A DNA stretch of 64,000 nucleotides from the NCBI GenBank assembly GCA_964394855.1, contig CAYMZD010000004.1:8316-72315 (forward strand), read 5' to 3'. Below are positions 28,094-38,629 of the stretch, in pieces (the first letter of the stretch is position 1; every line of letters starts with the position of its first letter). A program made the translations under genes and the position numbers. The notes below the pieces were generated by a model. That model was not told the origin of the DNA and made no database searches. It saw only the letters and a list, made by a program, of their open reading frames with translations. Source of the DNA: an uncultured Gammaproteobacteria bacterium. Lineage in GTDB: Bacteria; Patescibacteriota; Microgenomatia; Daviesbacterales; UBA10151.

Positions 28094-28552
28094 ATGGTTA
28101 GTGAAGAAGATTCGCAAACAATAGAGATAAAAGAAAGATCTAGGCGGCAAGATGCGGCAGGAGCGGCATTTAGAGGATGTATGGATCAGATTTCAACAAC
28201 AGAGAGGTTTACCCCAGAGGAGGCAAGGCGATTGGGTGGTTTATTTCTTGCTCGTTTACTTGAATTTGAGCTGTTTGTGCAAGATGTAATTCAATTCGAG
28301 AATACAATTGGTGGTCTTCCTAGGTGGCATAATCCCCATGAAAGGGGTAAATTAGAAAAAGCTTTGTTTGATGCTCAAAAAGGAGATTATAGAAAATTTA
28401 GAGAGGCCTTATCCTTATCCAGTCAAGGAGCATGGGTGCAAAAAGGTTTAAGAGAAAAGTTGTCAGAAATAGCTCGTCTGATTCCCGACCAAGGTGAACC
28501 TTTTAGACCGCCGCCTCCAGCTTGGCAAGATCCGGAATTCACGCAATTATAA
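28094..28552 (+). CDS. Hypothetical Arg-rich protein (cassette cargo)
   Basis: GC- and Arg-rich composition that differs from the neighbouring genes. Confidence 0.45.
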   Translation: MVSEEDSQTIEIKERSRRQDAAGAAFRGCMDQISTTERFTPEEARRLGGLFLARLLEFELFVQDVIQFENTIGGLPRWHNPHERGKLEKALFDAQKGDYRKFREALSLSSQGAWVQKGLREKLSEIARLIPDQGEPFRPPPPAWQDPEFTQL

Positions 28553-28617
28553 TAACATTACGCGGGACTTGACAAAGTCTAAGAAAAATAGTAGGATAAT
28601 CTTAGGAAAATCTAATT

Positions 28618-28893
28618 ATGATAATACCGACAGCTAAAAATACCAAAACCATTACAGATTTAAGGGAAAAAGCCCTGGAAATGCTAGAACAAACAAAAAA
28701 GGCGGGCCCCACCTTTATCTTGCATCGCAGTAAACCCACAGCCGTGATGTTGTCGATTGAGGAATATGCCAACATGATGGAGATGCTGGAAGATTATTTT
28801 GATGCTTTAAAGGCCGAAGAGCTAGAAGAAGATGGTGAGAAAGGCGGAATCGGTTTAGATACTTTAATAAAAAAATATAATCTTAGGGTCTAA
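28618..28893 (+). CDS. Phd/YefM-family antitoxin
   Basis: N-terminal sequence TITDLREKALEMLEQ...PTFILHRSKPTAVMLSIEEY. Confidence 0.75.
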   Translation: MIIPTAKNTKTITDLREKALEMLEQTKKAGPTFILHRSKPTAVMLSIEEYANMMEMLEDYFDALKAEELEEDGEKGGIGLDTLIKKYNLRV

Positions 28894-29153
28894 TGTACCA
28901 AATTACTATCTCATCAAAAGCAGAAAAGCATTTTGCCAGACTACCTAAAAACTTACAAGAAAAAATCGCCAAAAAATTAAAGCAACTTGAGGAAAACCCA
29001 CTTCAGCAAGGCTTGGATATTAAAAAGTTAGCAGGTACAGAAAAAAGTTATAGATTAAGAGCAGGGGAACTGCGGATACTTTACCAAATGAAGACCGGAT
29101 TAAAAACAATTTTAGTGGTAGACATTGATTTTAGAAGGACCTCCACCTATTAA
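28893..29153 (+). CDS. RelE/ParE-family toxin
   Basis: 86 aa; overlaps the antitoxin stop; C-terminal KSYRLRAGELRILYQM... Confidence 0.75.
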   Translation: MYQITISSKAEKHFARLPKNLQEKIAKKLKQLEENPLQQGLDIKKLAGTEKSYRLRAGELRILYQMKTGLKTILVVDIDFRRTSTY

Positions 29154-29180
29154 AGGTAAATTAAAAAGATTTCCCTGGTT

Positions 29181-29229
29181 GGCCGTGGAACTTACTTTTG
29201 CCCCAAATGCCAAAAATAATTGATATAAT
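29181..29229 (+). repeat. Direct repeat copy 2 (decayed duplicate of the fpg 3' end plus -10 box)
   Basis: ggccgtggaacttacttttgccccaaatgccaaaaataattgatataat matches 28037-28085 with mismatches only in the distal part. Confidence 0.8.
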
Positions 29230-29236
29230 TTAGAAA

Positions 29237-29884
29237 ATGGCTAAAAATTTAATATTATTGCCAGGTTGGACCAGAAGTGAAAGATCTTATCGTGGTTTAA
29301 TTAATTCTTGCCCCAAAGATTATAGATTAACCATTGCCTTACATGAAAAAGTTTGTCCAAAAGGACATATTGAAGATTTTTTAATAAATTTCCCAAAATT
29401 CTTAAAAGAAAAGGGATTGAATAAAATTATTTTAGCAGGCCATTCGCTGGGTGGGGCATTGGCCATAGAGTTTGTGCTTAAATATCCCAAAAAAGTTGAT
29501 CAATTAATTTTAATTGATTCAGCCGGGGTTTATGAAGGGGAAAATATTTTTGAACTGTCCAGAAACTTTTTAAAAAACATTTTTTTAACAGGTCGCGGCA
29601 AGCTTAAGCTATGGCTGGCTTTTAGAAACTCTGCCGGTTTAGTTAGAAAATTCCCCATGCATTTAAAACTGGGACAGTATGCTTTCAAAGTTGACCTGCA
29701 AGCTCATGGATCTAAAATTCAAGTCCCGACTGTTATATTGTGGGGAGAGAAAGATCATTTAACTCCTCTTTGGCAAGGAGAAAAACTACATCAGGCCATA
29801 CCCAATTCTAAGTTTATTATCTTAAAAGATATGTACCATGATTGGATTTTATCCAACCCGGAACTTTTCTGGCAAAATATCTAG
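29237..29884 (+). CDS. Alpha/beta hydrolase
   Basis: Nucleophile elbow GHSLGG. Confidence 0.75.
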   Translation: MAKNLILLPGWTRSERSYRGLINSCPKDYRLTIALHEKVCPKGHIEDFLINFPKFLKEKGLNKIILAGHSLGGALAIEFVLKYPKKVDQLILIDSAGVYEGENIFELSRNFLKNIFLTGRGKLKLWLAFRNSAGLVRKFPMHLKLGQYAFKVDLQAHGSKIQVPTVILWGEKDHLTPLWQGEKLHQAIPNSKFIILKDMYHDWILSNPELFWQNI

Positions 29885-29933
29885 TTGTCATCTGCTGCTA
29901 TAATGATTCTTGGGCTTTATAACTTTATAACCT

Positions 29934-31292
29934 ATGATTAAGAAACCAAGTTTTTCCTCGGTTATTCAAACAAAAGGATTTCAGGTTTTGTGGGCTAATC
30001 AAATTTTGGTCCAACTTGCCTATAATATTTTAAATTTTTCTTTAATTATTTGGGTATTTAAATTAACAGATTCCAATTTAGCCGTTTCATTATTGATTTT
30101 ATCTATTTACCTGCCGGCTTTAATTTTTGGCCTTTTTGCCGGGGTATTTGTGGATTTGGTTGATAAAAGAAAAATTATCACCCTGATTGATCTATTATTT
30201 GTGGTAGCTTTTTTAATCTTTCCTTTTATCAGGAAATCATATCCTTTAATTCTGGTAAACACTTTTTTTATCAACTCCCTGGCCCAATTTTTTATGCCTG
30301 CTGAAAGTTCATCCATCCCGCAGCTTGTTTCCCAAAAACAGCTTTTTTTAGCCAACTCTCTTTTTACGGTTACTTTATACGCCGCTTTTATGGTTGGTTT
30401 TACCGCTGCTGGGCCCATCTTAGATTCATTTAGCATCAGCCCTATTTTTTATCTGGGAGCTATACTTTTATTGATGGCTGCACTTATTTCACAAAATTTA
30501 CCAGTTTTAAAAGTGGTCAGGAAAGATAACTTTTCCGGAGCTGATATCTGGTCGTTGATAGCTTCAGAGACGAAACAAACAATAACTTTTATCCGGGGAA
30601 GATTAGCCATTGTGGTATCAATAGGTCTTTTGGCAGCTTTGCAGGGAGTGATTGGGGTTTTAGCAGTTTTAACCCCATCTTACATGGAGCGAGTGCTTGG
30701 GGTTCATGCCACTGATGCTTCTTTGTATGTGATGTTACCTTTGGGCTTGGGACTTATCAGTGGAGCACTTTTTATTGGCCACTTTTTCCACCGTCTACCC
30801 AGGCGCAGGCTGGTGATTCCGGGTATCATTTTAGCTGGATTTTTACTGGCTGGGGTGGGGATTGCTCCCAAAATAGCCGTTTTACTTGATGCCACCACCT
30901 TGCCGCAAAAAATTATTCATCTGCGCTATTTTCTGAATGCGCCCTCTTTAGCTTCCACTTTTGTGATTGGGGCATTTTTGCTAGGGGTGGCGGCTATTGC
31001 CATTATTATTCCTTCTCAAACTGTCTTGCAAGAGAATACCAAAGATGAAAACAGAGGCAAAATCTTTGCGGTTTTGTTTGTTTTAATGAATGCTTTTGCT
31101 ATTTTACCTGTTCTTTTAGCAGGAATTTTGGCAGATTTATTTGGAGAGACAAAGGTATTTTTTGCCATGGGGGTAGTTATTTTTATGACTGGTCTTTTGG
31201 CCATGAAACCGGCTATGTTTTTTGCCGAGAGTCATTTACCATATAAGGTGAGACAGTTTTTGGGTTTGGGACATTGGGAAAATGGGAAATAG
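29934..31292 (+). CDS. MFS transporter
   Basis: About 12 TM helices; 452 aa. Confidence 0.75.
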   Translation: MIKKPSFSSVIQTKGFQVLWANQILVQLAYNILNFSLIIWVFKLTDSNLAVSLLILSIYLPALIFGLFAGVFVDLVDKRKIITLIDLLFVVAFLIFPFIRKSYPLILVNTFFINSLAQFFMPAESSSIPQLVSQKQLFLANSLFTVTLYAAFMVGFTAAGPILDSFSISPIFYLGAILLLMAALISQNLPVLKVVRKDNFSGADIWSLIASETKQTITFIRGRLAIVVSIGLLAALQGVIGVLAVLTPSYMERVLGVHATDASLYVMLPLGLGLISGALFIGHFFHRLPRRRLVIPGIILAGFLLAGVGIAPKIAVLLDATTLPQKIIHLRYFLNAPSLASTFVIGAFLLGVAAIAIIIPSQTVLQENTKDENRGKIFAVLFVLMNAFAILPVLLAGILADLFGETKVFFAMGVVIFMTGLLAMKPAMFFAESHLPYKVRQFLGLGHWENGK

Positions 31293-32336
31293 ATGTTTCT
31301 AAAGCAACTTAAACTTACTAACTTCAGAAATTATTCTGCCCTTAATTTAGAACTTGATAAGCGCCCGACTATTTTAGTGGGTAATAATGCTGCTGGTAAA
31401 TCCAACCTTTTGGAGGCGGTTTATTTTTTATCCACCACCAAATCAGGCAGGGTAGATGAGGAGAGTGAGCTGATTAAAAAAGGGCAAAGTGTGGCCAGGG
31501 TGGAGGGAGAGATTCTTGAAATGAAGTTGGAGGTGGCAATGCAAGTACAAGATAATGGACAATTCTCAAAAAGAATTAAGGTCAATGGTATTCCCAAGAA
31601 AGTAATAGATTATATTGGTAAGCTGCCAGTGGTGTTATTTTCTCCTGCGGATATCAATATGATGACAGGGGCACCTAGTCTTCGCAGATGGCATCTGGAT
31701 TTAAGTTTGGCTCAAGTAGATTTCCAATATAAAAAAGCCCTCACTCTTTACGAGCAGGTTTTAAGCTCCAGGAACAAAGTTTTAAAAAGAATAAAAGAAG
31801 GACAAGGTAGAGTAGATGAACTGTCCTTTTGGACTGATGAGCTGGTAAAGCACGGAGAAGTGGTTGCTGGTGGCAGAAAAGCCTTCCTGGAGTCCATGAA
31901 TAACTTTAAAAGTCCTTTGGGAGAGTTTCTTTTTGAATACAAGCAGAGTAAGTTAAGCCATGAAAGATTACAAGAATATAATGGTAGGGAAATTGCAGCC
32001 AGTGTCACTTTAATAGGTCCACACAGGGATGATTTTGTAGTCAAATTAGCTGGTAGAAACCTAGCCATTTATGGTTCAAGAGGGGAGCAGCGAACTGCCA
32101 CTCTGGCATTTAAACTGGCCCAGCTTGAATATATGGCCCTTTCTTTAGGGAAACGGCCAATTCTGCTTTTAGATGATGTTTTTTCTGAACTGGATGCAAA
32201 TCATCGAGCTGCGGTGGTGGCAGTGGTGGGACGCCAGCAAGCCATCATTGCTACAGTAGAACTGGAAAACATCCCCAAAACTTTTTTAAATCAAGCCAGG
32301 ATTTTAAGGGTAGAAGATGGGAAAGTTACGTTTTGA
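31293..32336 (+). CDS. recF: DNA replication/repair protein RecF
   Basis: N-terminal LKLTNFRNY...GNNAAGKSNLLEA (Walker A); C-terminal LLLDDVFSELD. Confidence 0.85.
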   Translation: MFLKQLKLTNFRNYSALNLELDKRPTILVGNNAAGKSNLLEAVYFLSTTKSGRVDEESELIKKGQSVARVEGEILEMKLEVAMQVQDNGQFSKRIKVNGIPKKVIDYIGKLPVVLFSPADINMMTGAPSLRRWHLDLSLAQVDFQYKKALTLYEQVLSSRNKVLKRIKEGQGRVDELSFWTDELVKHGEVVAGGRKAFLESMNNFKSPLGEFLFEYKQSKLSHERLQEYNGREIAASVTLIGPHRDDFVVKLAGRNLAIYGSRGEQRTATLAFKLAQLEYMALSLGKRPILLLDDVFSELDANHRAAVVAVVGRQQAIIATVELENIPKTFLNQARILRVEDGKVTF

Positions 32337-32373
32337 CAAAGTCAAAAGGCAAGGTTCTCGCGAAGCGAGGTTC

Positions 32374-32643
32374 TTATTTTTTAGCTCCCCATCTGGAGGC
32401 TAGTCTGGAAAGCTGGTAAGTGATAAAAACAGCAAAGCCAGTAATAATCACTGCGTAAATCAATTTGGAAATGGCTCCTGACTGGTTAGGGTAAAGTTTC
32501 TGGATGTAATCTTTGACAAAAGTTTGAATGGCCTCATTCCAAGCCAAGGCAGCTACCAACCCAAAGCCGGAAGTAGAAAGGGTAATCAGTTGATGCAGCA
32601 GTTCCCGACGAAATGATTTATCTTTTTCTGCTTTACTAGCCAT
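32374..32643 (-). CDS. Small membrane protein
   Basis: Internal start MASKAEK preferred; two TM helices. Confidence 0.4.
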   Translation of the reverse strand: MASKAEKDKSFRRELLHQLITLSTSGFGLVAALAWNEAIQTFVKDYIQKLYPNQSGAISKLIYAVIITGFAVFITYQLSRLASRWGAKK

Positions 32644-32684
32644 ATTGACATTGTAGCATATCATCAATATACTTTGTCTTTGCT

Positions 32685-33659
32685 GTGGCTGAAAAATTAA
32701 GGCATATTTTAAGTCCCATTGATTTCCCCAAAGCTTGGCTAGAAGAAGAATTCTTAAAAGAGGCGGCCAGTATGGCAAGATTGGGTAGGCAGGGTAGTAA
32801 TGCCCTGCGGGGGAAAAATATATTGGGTTGGTTTTTTGACCCCTCTGTTATTACTGTGATTTCATTTCGGACAGCAGTAGAGCGGTTAGGTGGAAGATTT
32901 ATAGAAGAAGGTAGTGCGCTCACCACCACCGGCGTGACCAGTGAACAAGCTCTCCAAGATGCCGTTAAAAACTTGGAGGATAACAGTGACATTGATTGCT
33001 TGGTGCTGCGCTATCATCAAACAGGAGGGGTAATCGTGGCAGCAGCGGTTGCCAATAGAATAAGAATGATTAATGCCGGTGAGGGTAGACAGGATTTATC
33101 TCACCAAGCTGTACCCCACCATCCTACTCAATTTTTAGCAGATTTTCTAACCATCCAGCATCATTTTCCTGATTTGAATGATTGGAAAAATTTAAGAATA
33201 CTGGTGGCAGGAGATTTACAATGGGATCGGGTTAACTCATTGGTGATGGGGCTAGCCCAATTTAGGGTACGTTTTGATTTTATCTCGTCAGCAGTACTTC
33301 CTCTAGATAATAGAGTGGTGAGTTATTTGAGAGATTTGGGGGTCAGATTTACTACTGATAGAACATTAAAGGGATTGTTGCCGCAAGTTGATATAGTTTA
33401 TTTAACCAAGCAACGTACATTTAGAGGTGGCAATCACAATCTGACCTACGGAGTTAATGTTGAAGTGGGTCCCCAGGAAATTGATCGGATGAAAGAAGGA
33501 GCTATTGTGATGCATCCTATGCCAAGAGGAGAAGAGCTATCTCCGGAAACGGATGATTATCCCAGGATAGTCTGGCGAGAACAGGCTAAAAATGGCACTA
33601 TCGCCAGGATGGCCCTTTTAAGAATGCTCTTGACAAGTTCAACTGACAGGTGTTATTAA
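32685..33659 (+). CDS. Aspartate/ornithine carbamoyltransferase family protein (divergent)
   Basis: SFRT (compare STRTR), HPTQ and HPMPRG (compare HPLPR) motifs. Confidence 0.5.
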   Translation: MAEKLRHILSPIDFPKAWLEEEFLKEAASMARLGRQGSNALRGKNILGWFFDPSVITVISFRTAVERLGGRFIEEGSALTTTGVTSEQALQDAVKNLEDNSDIDCLVLRYHQTGGVIVAAAVANRIRMINAGEGRQDLSHQAVPHHPTQFLADFLTIQHHFPDLNDWKNLRILVAGDLQWDRVNSLVMGLAQFRVRFDFISSAVLPLDNRVVSYLRDLGVRFTTDRTLKGLLPQVDIVYLTKQRTFRGGNHNLTYGVNVEVGPQEIDRMKEGAIVMHPMPRGEELSPETDDYPRIVWREQAKNGTIARMALLRMLLTSSTDRCY

Positions 33660-33669
33660 ATTACTAATT

Positions 33670-33966
33670 ATGGATCGAGAACCGAGTAGGTATTTATGCG
33701 AGTGGTTAACTGTTCAAGATAGATGGTATATCAGAAGTATTGGTAATCCAGAAGGGGAGGGTGTGACTTCCGAACAATGGTCAGAAGTAGTGAAAGAAGT
33801 TCAAAGATTAAATACAGACCCAAGAAATTGGGAAATAATTGAAGGTGAAATGCCGGTTGGATTTTTAAGTTTTAGGGAAAATTTACGCCGGCAAGATCCA
33901 TCCATTACTACTCCGGAAGCAGTTCATAGATATCTAGATAGACTTTTTGCGGGAATTGTGCAATAA
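33670..33966 (+). CDS. Hypothetical protein
   Basis: ORF only. Confidence 0.35.
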   Translation: MDREPSRYLCEWLTVQDRWYIRSIGNPEGEGVTSEQWSEVVKEVQRLNTDPRNWEIIEGEMPVGFLSFRENLRRQDPSITTPEAVHRYLDRLFAGIVQ

Positions 33967-33974
33967 TCACCCCA

Positions 33975-34673
33975 ATGAGGGCTGCTCTAAAGTTTTTTAG
34001 ACTCATTTTTTCAGCTTCAATGCTGATTCCTTTAATCTTAATCAGCCTTTATGTGGCTATTTTTGTCTTTTTAAGAGGAGCTCTGCCCACATCACAGGAG
34101 CTACTGGAACATTTGACTGCTCTTTATTCCAGATTTGGCTATGAGGTGGTCTTCTTGGGAGCTTTTTTGGAAGCTTTGATCTTAATCAATCTTTTTGTGC
34201 CAGGTACTCTGGCTGCAGGTTTGGGAGCAGTTTTTGCCAGAGTGGGCGAGCTGGATTTAACTTTGGTGGTGTTAGTGGCAACTTTGGGAGCCACCCTTGG
34301 CTATAGTCTGGATTTTTTGCTGGGTTATTTTGGCTTTGCCGAGATTTTTAAAAGATTTGGTTTTGGCAGAATTTTAACTCAAGCCAGAACTCAAATTGAA
34401 AAATCCAAAGTAAAGACTTTTGCCATAGGCTTTATCCATACCAGCACAGGTTCGTTGCTATCTGTGGCAACTGGTACTTTGAAGGTGGGCTTCTTCAGTT
34501 TTTTACCATTAGCTCTTCTTTCCACCTTAGCCTGGGTGTCTTTTTGGGGACTGTTGATTTTTGCCATAGGAGAGGTACTTTTGATCATTTTGGCCAAATA
34601 TGCCTGGGTGCTGGTTTTACTAGCAGTTTCTGTTTGGATTTTGACAGTAATTTATGGAAAATCACAAAAATAA
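33975..34673 (+). CDS. DedA/TVP38-family membrane protein
   Basis: Motif GAFLEALILINLFVPGT. Confidence 0.75.
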   Translation: MRAALKFFRLIFSASMLIPLILISLYVAIFVFLRGALPTSQELLEHLTALYSRFGYEVVFLGAFLEALILINLFVPGTLAAGLGAVFARVGELDLTLVVLVATLGATLGYSLDFLLGYFGFAEIFKRFGFGRILTQARTQIEKSKVKTFAIGFIHTSTGSLLSVATGTLKVGFFSFLPLALLSTLAWVSFWGLLIFAIGEVLLIILAKYAWVLVLLAVSVWILTVIYGKSQK

Positions 34674-34676
34674 TCC

Positions 34677-35753
34677 ATGTTCATACCAAAGTACTCAATA
34701 ACTAATAAGATATTAAAGTCTATCGGAGTGATTGATGCCTCCAAAGAGGTGATTATGAATGCTCCGCTGGTGCCTGCATGGGAAGCAAAATTTAGAAAAG
34801 AGGCCACAGAGCGAGCAGTTCATCATGGTACTCATCTTGAAGGAAACCCGCTGTCTGAAGAAGAAGTTAAGGATGTTTTAGAAGGACAAGAGGTGATAGC
34901 CAGAGATAGAGATATTCAAGAGATTTTAAATTATCGGGATGTCTTGAAGTTTATAGATGGAGTAGCTGCTCAAATTGGTACTGGTGCACCCTATACATTA
35001 ACTATGGAGACCATACTGGAAATCCACCGCATCACTACGGAGCGGATTTTACCTCCCGAGACAGGTGGACATTTTAGAGTGCGTCAGGTGGTAGTAAAAA
35101 ACTCTCGCACAGGACAAATTTCATATACTCCACCTGTGGCGGCCGAGGTACCTTATTTGGTAGAAGATTTGGTGCATTGGGTCAATTCTGATGAAGCCAA
35201 AGAGACGCATCCTGTCATCAAAGCTGGAATTATCCATTATGAACTTTCTCGAATCCATCCTTTTACTGATGGCAATGGACGGGTGGCCAGAGCTGTTGCC
35301 ACCCTGATTATGTTTTTGGACGGCTATGATATCAGAAAATTTTTCTCTTTGGAGGAATATTTTGATGAAAACCCCATGAACTATTACTTAACATTACAAG
35401 CCGTATCAAACCAGCTCGTAATAGATACTCACGAGAGGGATCTTACTCCCTGGCTGGACTATTTTGTGGAAGGTTTGGCTATTGAACTAAATAGAGTCAA
35501 AGAAAGGGTGCAGCGGATTTCGGTTGATGCCAGAGTGAAAGATAAACTGGGAGAACAGTTGGTATTAAATGAGCGACAGATGATGATTATGGAATATTTG
35601 CACCGACATAAAGCTATGAGCAATAGAGATTTTCGCAAAATTTTTCCTGATTTCTCCGATGATACGGTTTTGCGGGAGCTAATGTTCCTCCGGAAAAAGG
35701 GCCTGGTAAAAAAATCAGGCGGTACCAAAAAAGCAGAATATGTATTGAAATAA
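34677..35753 (+). CDS. Fic-family protein (AMPylase-type) with C-terminal wHTH
   Basis: Fic motif HPFTDGNGRVARA. Confidence 0.85.
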   Translation: MFIPKYSITNKILKSIGVIDASKEVIMNAPLVPAWEAKFRKEATERAVHHGTHLEGNPLSEEEVKDVLEGQEVIARDRDIQEILNYRDVLKFIDGVAAQIGTGAPYTLTMETILEIHRITTERILPPETGGHFRVRQVVVKNSRTGQISYTPPVAAEVPYLVEDLVHWVNSDEAKETHPVIKAGIIHYELSRIHPFTDGNGRVARAVATLIMFLDGYDIRKFFSLEEYFDENPMNYYLTLQAVSNQLVIDTHERDLTPWLDYFVEGLAIELNRVKERVQRISVDARVKDKLGEQLVLNERQMMIMEYLHRHKAMSNRDFRKIFPDFSDDTVLRELMFLRKKGLVKKSGGTKKAEYVLK

Positions 35754-36371
35754 TTATTTCAATACTATTTTATTTCTTTCTTTTTTGGCTTCAGATAAAG
35801 CTTTATCTGCCCGTTCACGCAAGCTTTCTGCGCCATCACCATCTTTCATCTGGGTAATACCAATGGAGATTGTTTGTTGCCAGGGAAATTTGGGAAAATT
35901 TTTGGCAATCTGCGCAGTAATAGAGGTTCTAATTCGCTCTGCAACGTCTTTAGCATCATCAATGTTGGCTCCCACCAAAAATAAAGCAAATTCATCTCCA
36001 CCTAAACGGCCTTTTAAATCCGAAGTTCTGGATGCTGAATCTATCACTAGCGCATAAGCTTTAATCAGCTTATCTCCGGCCACATGACCTAGATGATCGT
36101 TAAACCTTTTTAGTTGATCGATATCCAAGGCTAAAAGTGTACCAGGTTGAGCCAATCTTTTTAAGTGAGCCATTTCTCTTTCCAGCTCTTGACTAAAACC
36201 TTGATTATTTAAAAAATCTTTTACCAGCCCATCATGGTCAGCTCTTTTTTCAAGGTCTAAATGGGTTTTAGTTAATTTCCCAGCAAACTCTTCTCTGGTA
36301 ATGGTTTGATGCAGTAGCTTGGTGGCTAATGTTTGATAATGCTTAAGTAAATATTTTTTGTGTTGGTCCAT
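35754..36371 (-). CDS. GGDEF-domain diguanylate cyclase
   Basis: Active site RLGGDEFAL; start likely at MDQHKKY. Confidence 0.8.
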   Translation of the reverse strand: MDQHKKYLLKHYQTLATKLLHQTITREEFAGKLTKTHLDLEKRADHDGLVKDFLNNQGFSQELEREMAHLKRLAQPGTLLALDIDQLKRFNDHLGHVAGDKLIKAYALVIDSASRTSDLKGRLGGDEFALFLVGANIDDAKDVAERIRTSITAQIAKNFPKFPWQQTISIGITQMKDGDGAESLRERADKALSEAKKERNKIVLK

Positions 36372-36383
36372 CTTTGGTAGTAT

Positions 36384-38106
36384 AATCCAAATAATGATAT
36401 TTGCCAACTTAAGCTTATACTTTGAAAAATTAGAAAAAACCTCCTCCAGACTCTCCTTAATAGATATTTTGGTAAATCTTTTTTCTCGGGTTAAAAAAGA
36501 TGAAGTGGCTCGAGTTTGTTATCTACTACAAGGTAGAGTAGCCCCTTTTTGGCAACCCTTAGAAATTGGCATGAGTGAAAAATTGGTGGCAAAAGCTATA
36601 GCGCGTGCCTATGAGGTGAAATCGGAAGAGGTATTAAAGCTCTATGGGAAGTTGGGGGATATGGGTTTGGTGGCGAAGCAGCTGAATGATGAATTAAGAA
36701 TTAAGAATTATGAATTAAGAATAGAAGAAGTTTTTGATACTTTAACTGAAATTGCCAAAACTTCTGGTGAAGGGACAGTGGAGAAGAAAATCTTGTTACT
36801 TTCTGGATTGCTGCAAAAAACAGATGGAGTTTCTGCCAAACATTTAGTTAGAGTGCCTTTGGGAGTATCCCGTTTAGGAGTAGGTGATCCAACAATTCTT
36901 GATGCCTTTGCTAAATTAAAATTGGGTGATAAATCCAAAAGAAAACTTTTGGAAGGAGCATATAACAGAGTGTCTGATTTAGGATTAATCGGGGAAACTT
37001 TATGGCAGGGGGGACTGCAGGCAGTGAACAAGTTACGGGTGACAGTGGGTAGGCCCATCAGGTCACAACTGGCAGAAAGATTGCCCACACCCGAAAAAGT
37101 CATAGAAAAAATGTCCAAAGTCAATGCCCAGCGTAAACTGGATGGATTCAGGGTACAGATTCATAAGGATGGAGAGAATATCAGGTTATTTTCAAGAAAT
37201 TTAGAGGAAACTACTCCTATGTTTCCGGAAATTGCTAGAGCTGCCACAAAACAAATTAAGGCTAAATCTGCTATTTTAGATTGCGAGGCCATTGGTTTTA
37301 ATCCTGTATCCGGCGAATTTTTGCCCTTTCAGGAAACCACTACTAGGCGGCGAAAATATGGCATTGCAGAGCTGGCCCAAAAAATCCCCTTAAAAGCTTT
37401 TTGTTTTGATATTTTGTATAAGAATGGGACATCCTTGATTGACCAGCCCTTGGCTACTCGATTAAAAACATTAAATGATACGATCAAGGACAAAGAGGTG
37501 TTGGTAGTGGAAAAAGGAGAGACGGTTGATAGGGTGGATAGGCTGCAAGTCATGCTGGATGAGGCCATATCCAAAGGTTTGGAAGGCTTGGTGGTCAAGC
37601 GCTTGGATTCCAAATACGAGGCAGGAGCCAGAAATTTTAACTGGGTCAAGCTAAAAAGGCACTCTTCGGGAGAGCTGCAAGATACCATAGACTGCGTTAT
37701 TTTAGGTTATATTTTTGGCAAGGGAAAAAGAGCTTCTTTTGGGGCAGGAGCGCTGTTGGTGGGAGTTTATGACGGCGAAAAAGATGAATTTGTGACTGTT
37801 TCCAAGATTGGGACAGGGTTAACAGATGAAGAATGGAGAGAGATTTACAAGAGAGCAGATAAAATAAAAGTGGATAAAAGACCTGCCCGGGTAAATTCCA
37901 AAATTACTCCCAGCGTGTGGGTGGAGCCCAAAATCGTGATTGAGGTGTTGGCAGATGAGATAACCAAATCACCACTTCATACAGCAGGTTTAGCCCTTCG
38001 TTTTCCCCGTTTGGTTAAATTCCGGGAAGCAGACAAAAAAGCCGAAGATGCTACAACAGTTAAAGAACTTGAGGAAATGTATCAGGGGCAATTTAAAAAA
38101 TTATAA
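36384..38106 (+). CDS. lig: ATP-dependent DNA ligase
   Basis: Adenylation motif KLDGFRVQIHKDG (KxDGxR); conserved N-terminal LYFEKLEKTSSRL. ATG lies ~10 nt after a TATAAT box. Confidence 0.85.
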
Positions 38107-38123
38107 CAGTTATTATAATTATA

Positions 38124-38617
38124 ATGGTTATACTAAAAACAGAATCCGGCGGTTACAAATCTCTTCCTTTTTTCAAACAATCAGAGATTATTTATGATTT
38201 TACGGTGAAGTTTGTCAAAAAATATATTGACTACAAATCCAGAACCAAAGACCAGATGGAACAGGCTGCCCGCTCTGGCAAACAGAACATTCCTGAAGGA
38301 TATTTACAGAAAAGTATAGAGGGAAGAATGATTATTTGGATTTTCTCCGTCAGCATGGTTACAAGCTTTGGGATAAGGATGACCCTCGAGCAAAAGCTGT
38401 AAGACAGCTTGCGTATAACAATTATAAAAGTTATAACGATTATAAAAATTATATGAATGATCCAGAAACTGCGGCTAATGCCATGGTTTGTCTAATTAAC
38501 CAAACTAATGCTCTTTTGGATCAAAAACTGCGTTGGTTAGAGGAAAAATTTGTGAATGAGGGAGGGTTTAGAGAAAATTTGTTTAAAAAGAGGATGGAAA
38601 AAAGAAAGGGGACATAG
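38124..38617 (+). pseudogene. Four-helix-bundle protein (TIGR02436-like) split by a -1 frameshift near 38360
   Basis: ORFs 38124-38402 and 38336-38617 lie in adjacent frames. Joined, they read ...NIPEGYLQKSIEGR/KNDYLDFLRQHGY..., which matches the family order. Confidence 0.45.
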
Positions 38618-38629
38618 TAAAATCCAACT

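Noticed and set aside
36708-37688. Minus-strand ORFs inside the DNA ligase gene
   Set aside because: They are antisense to a gene with clear ligase motifs.
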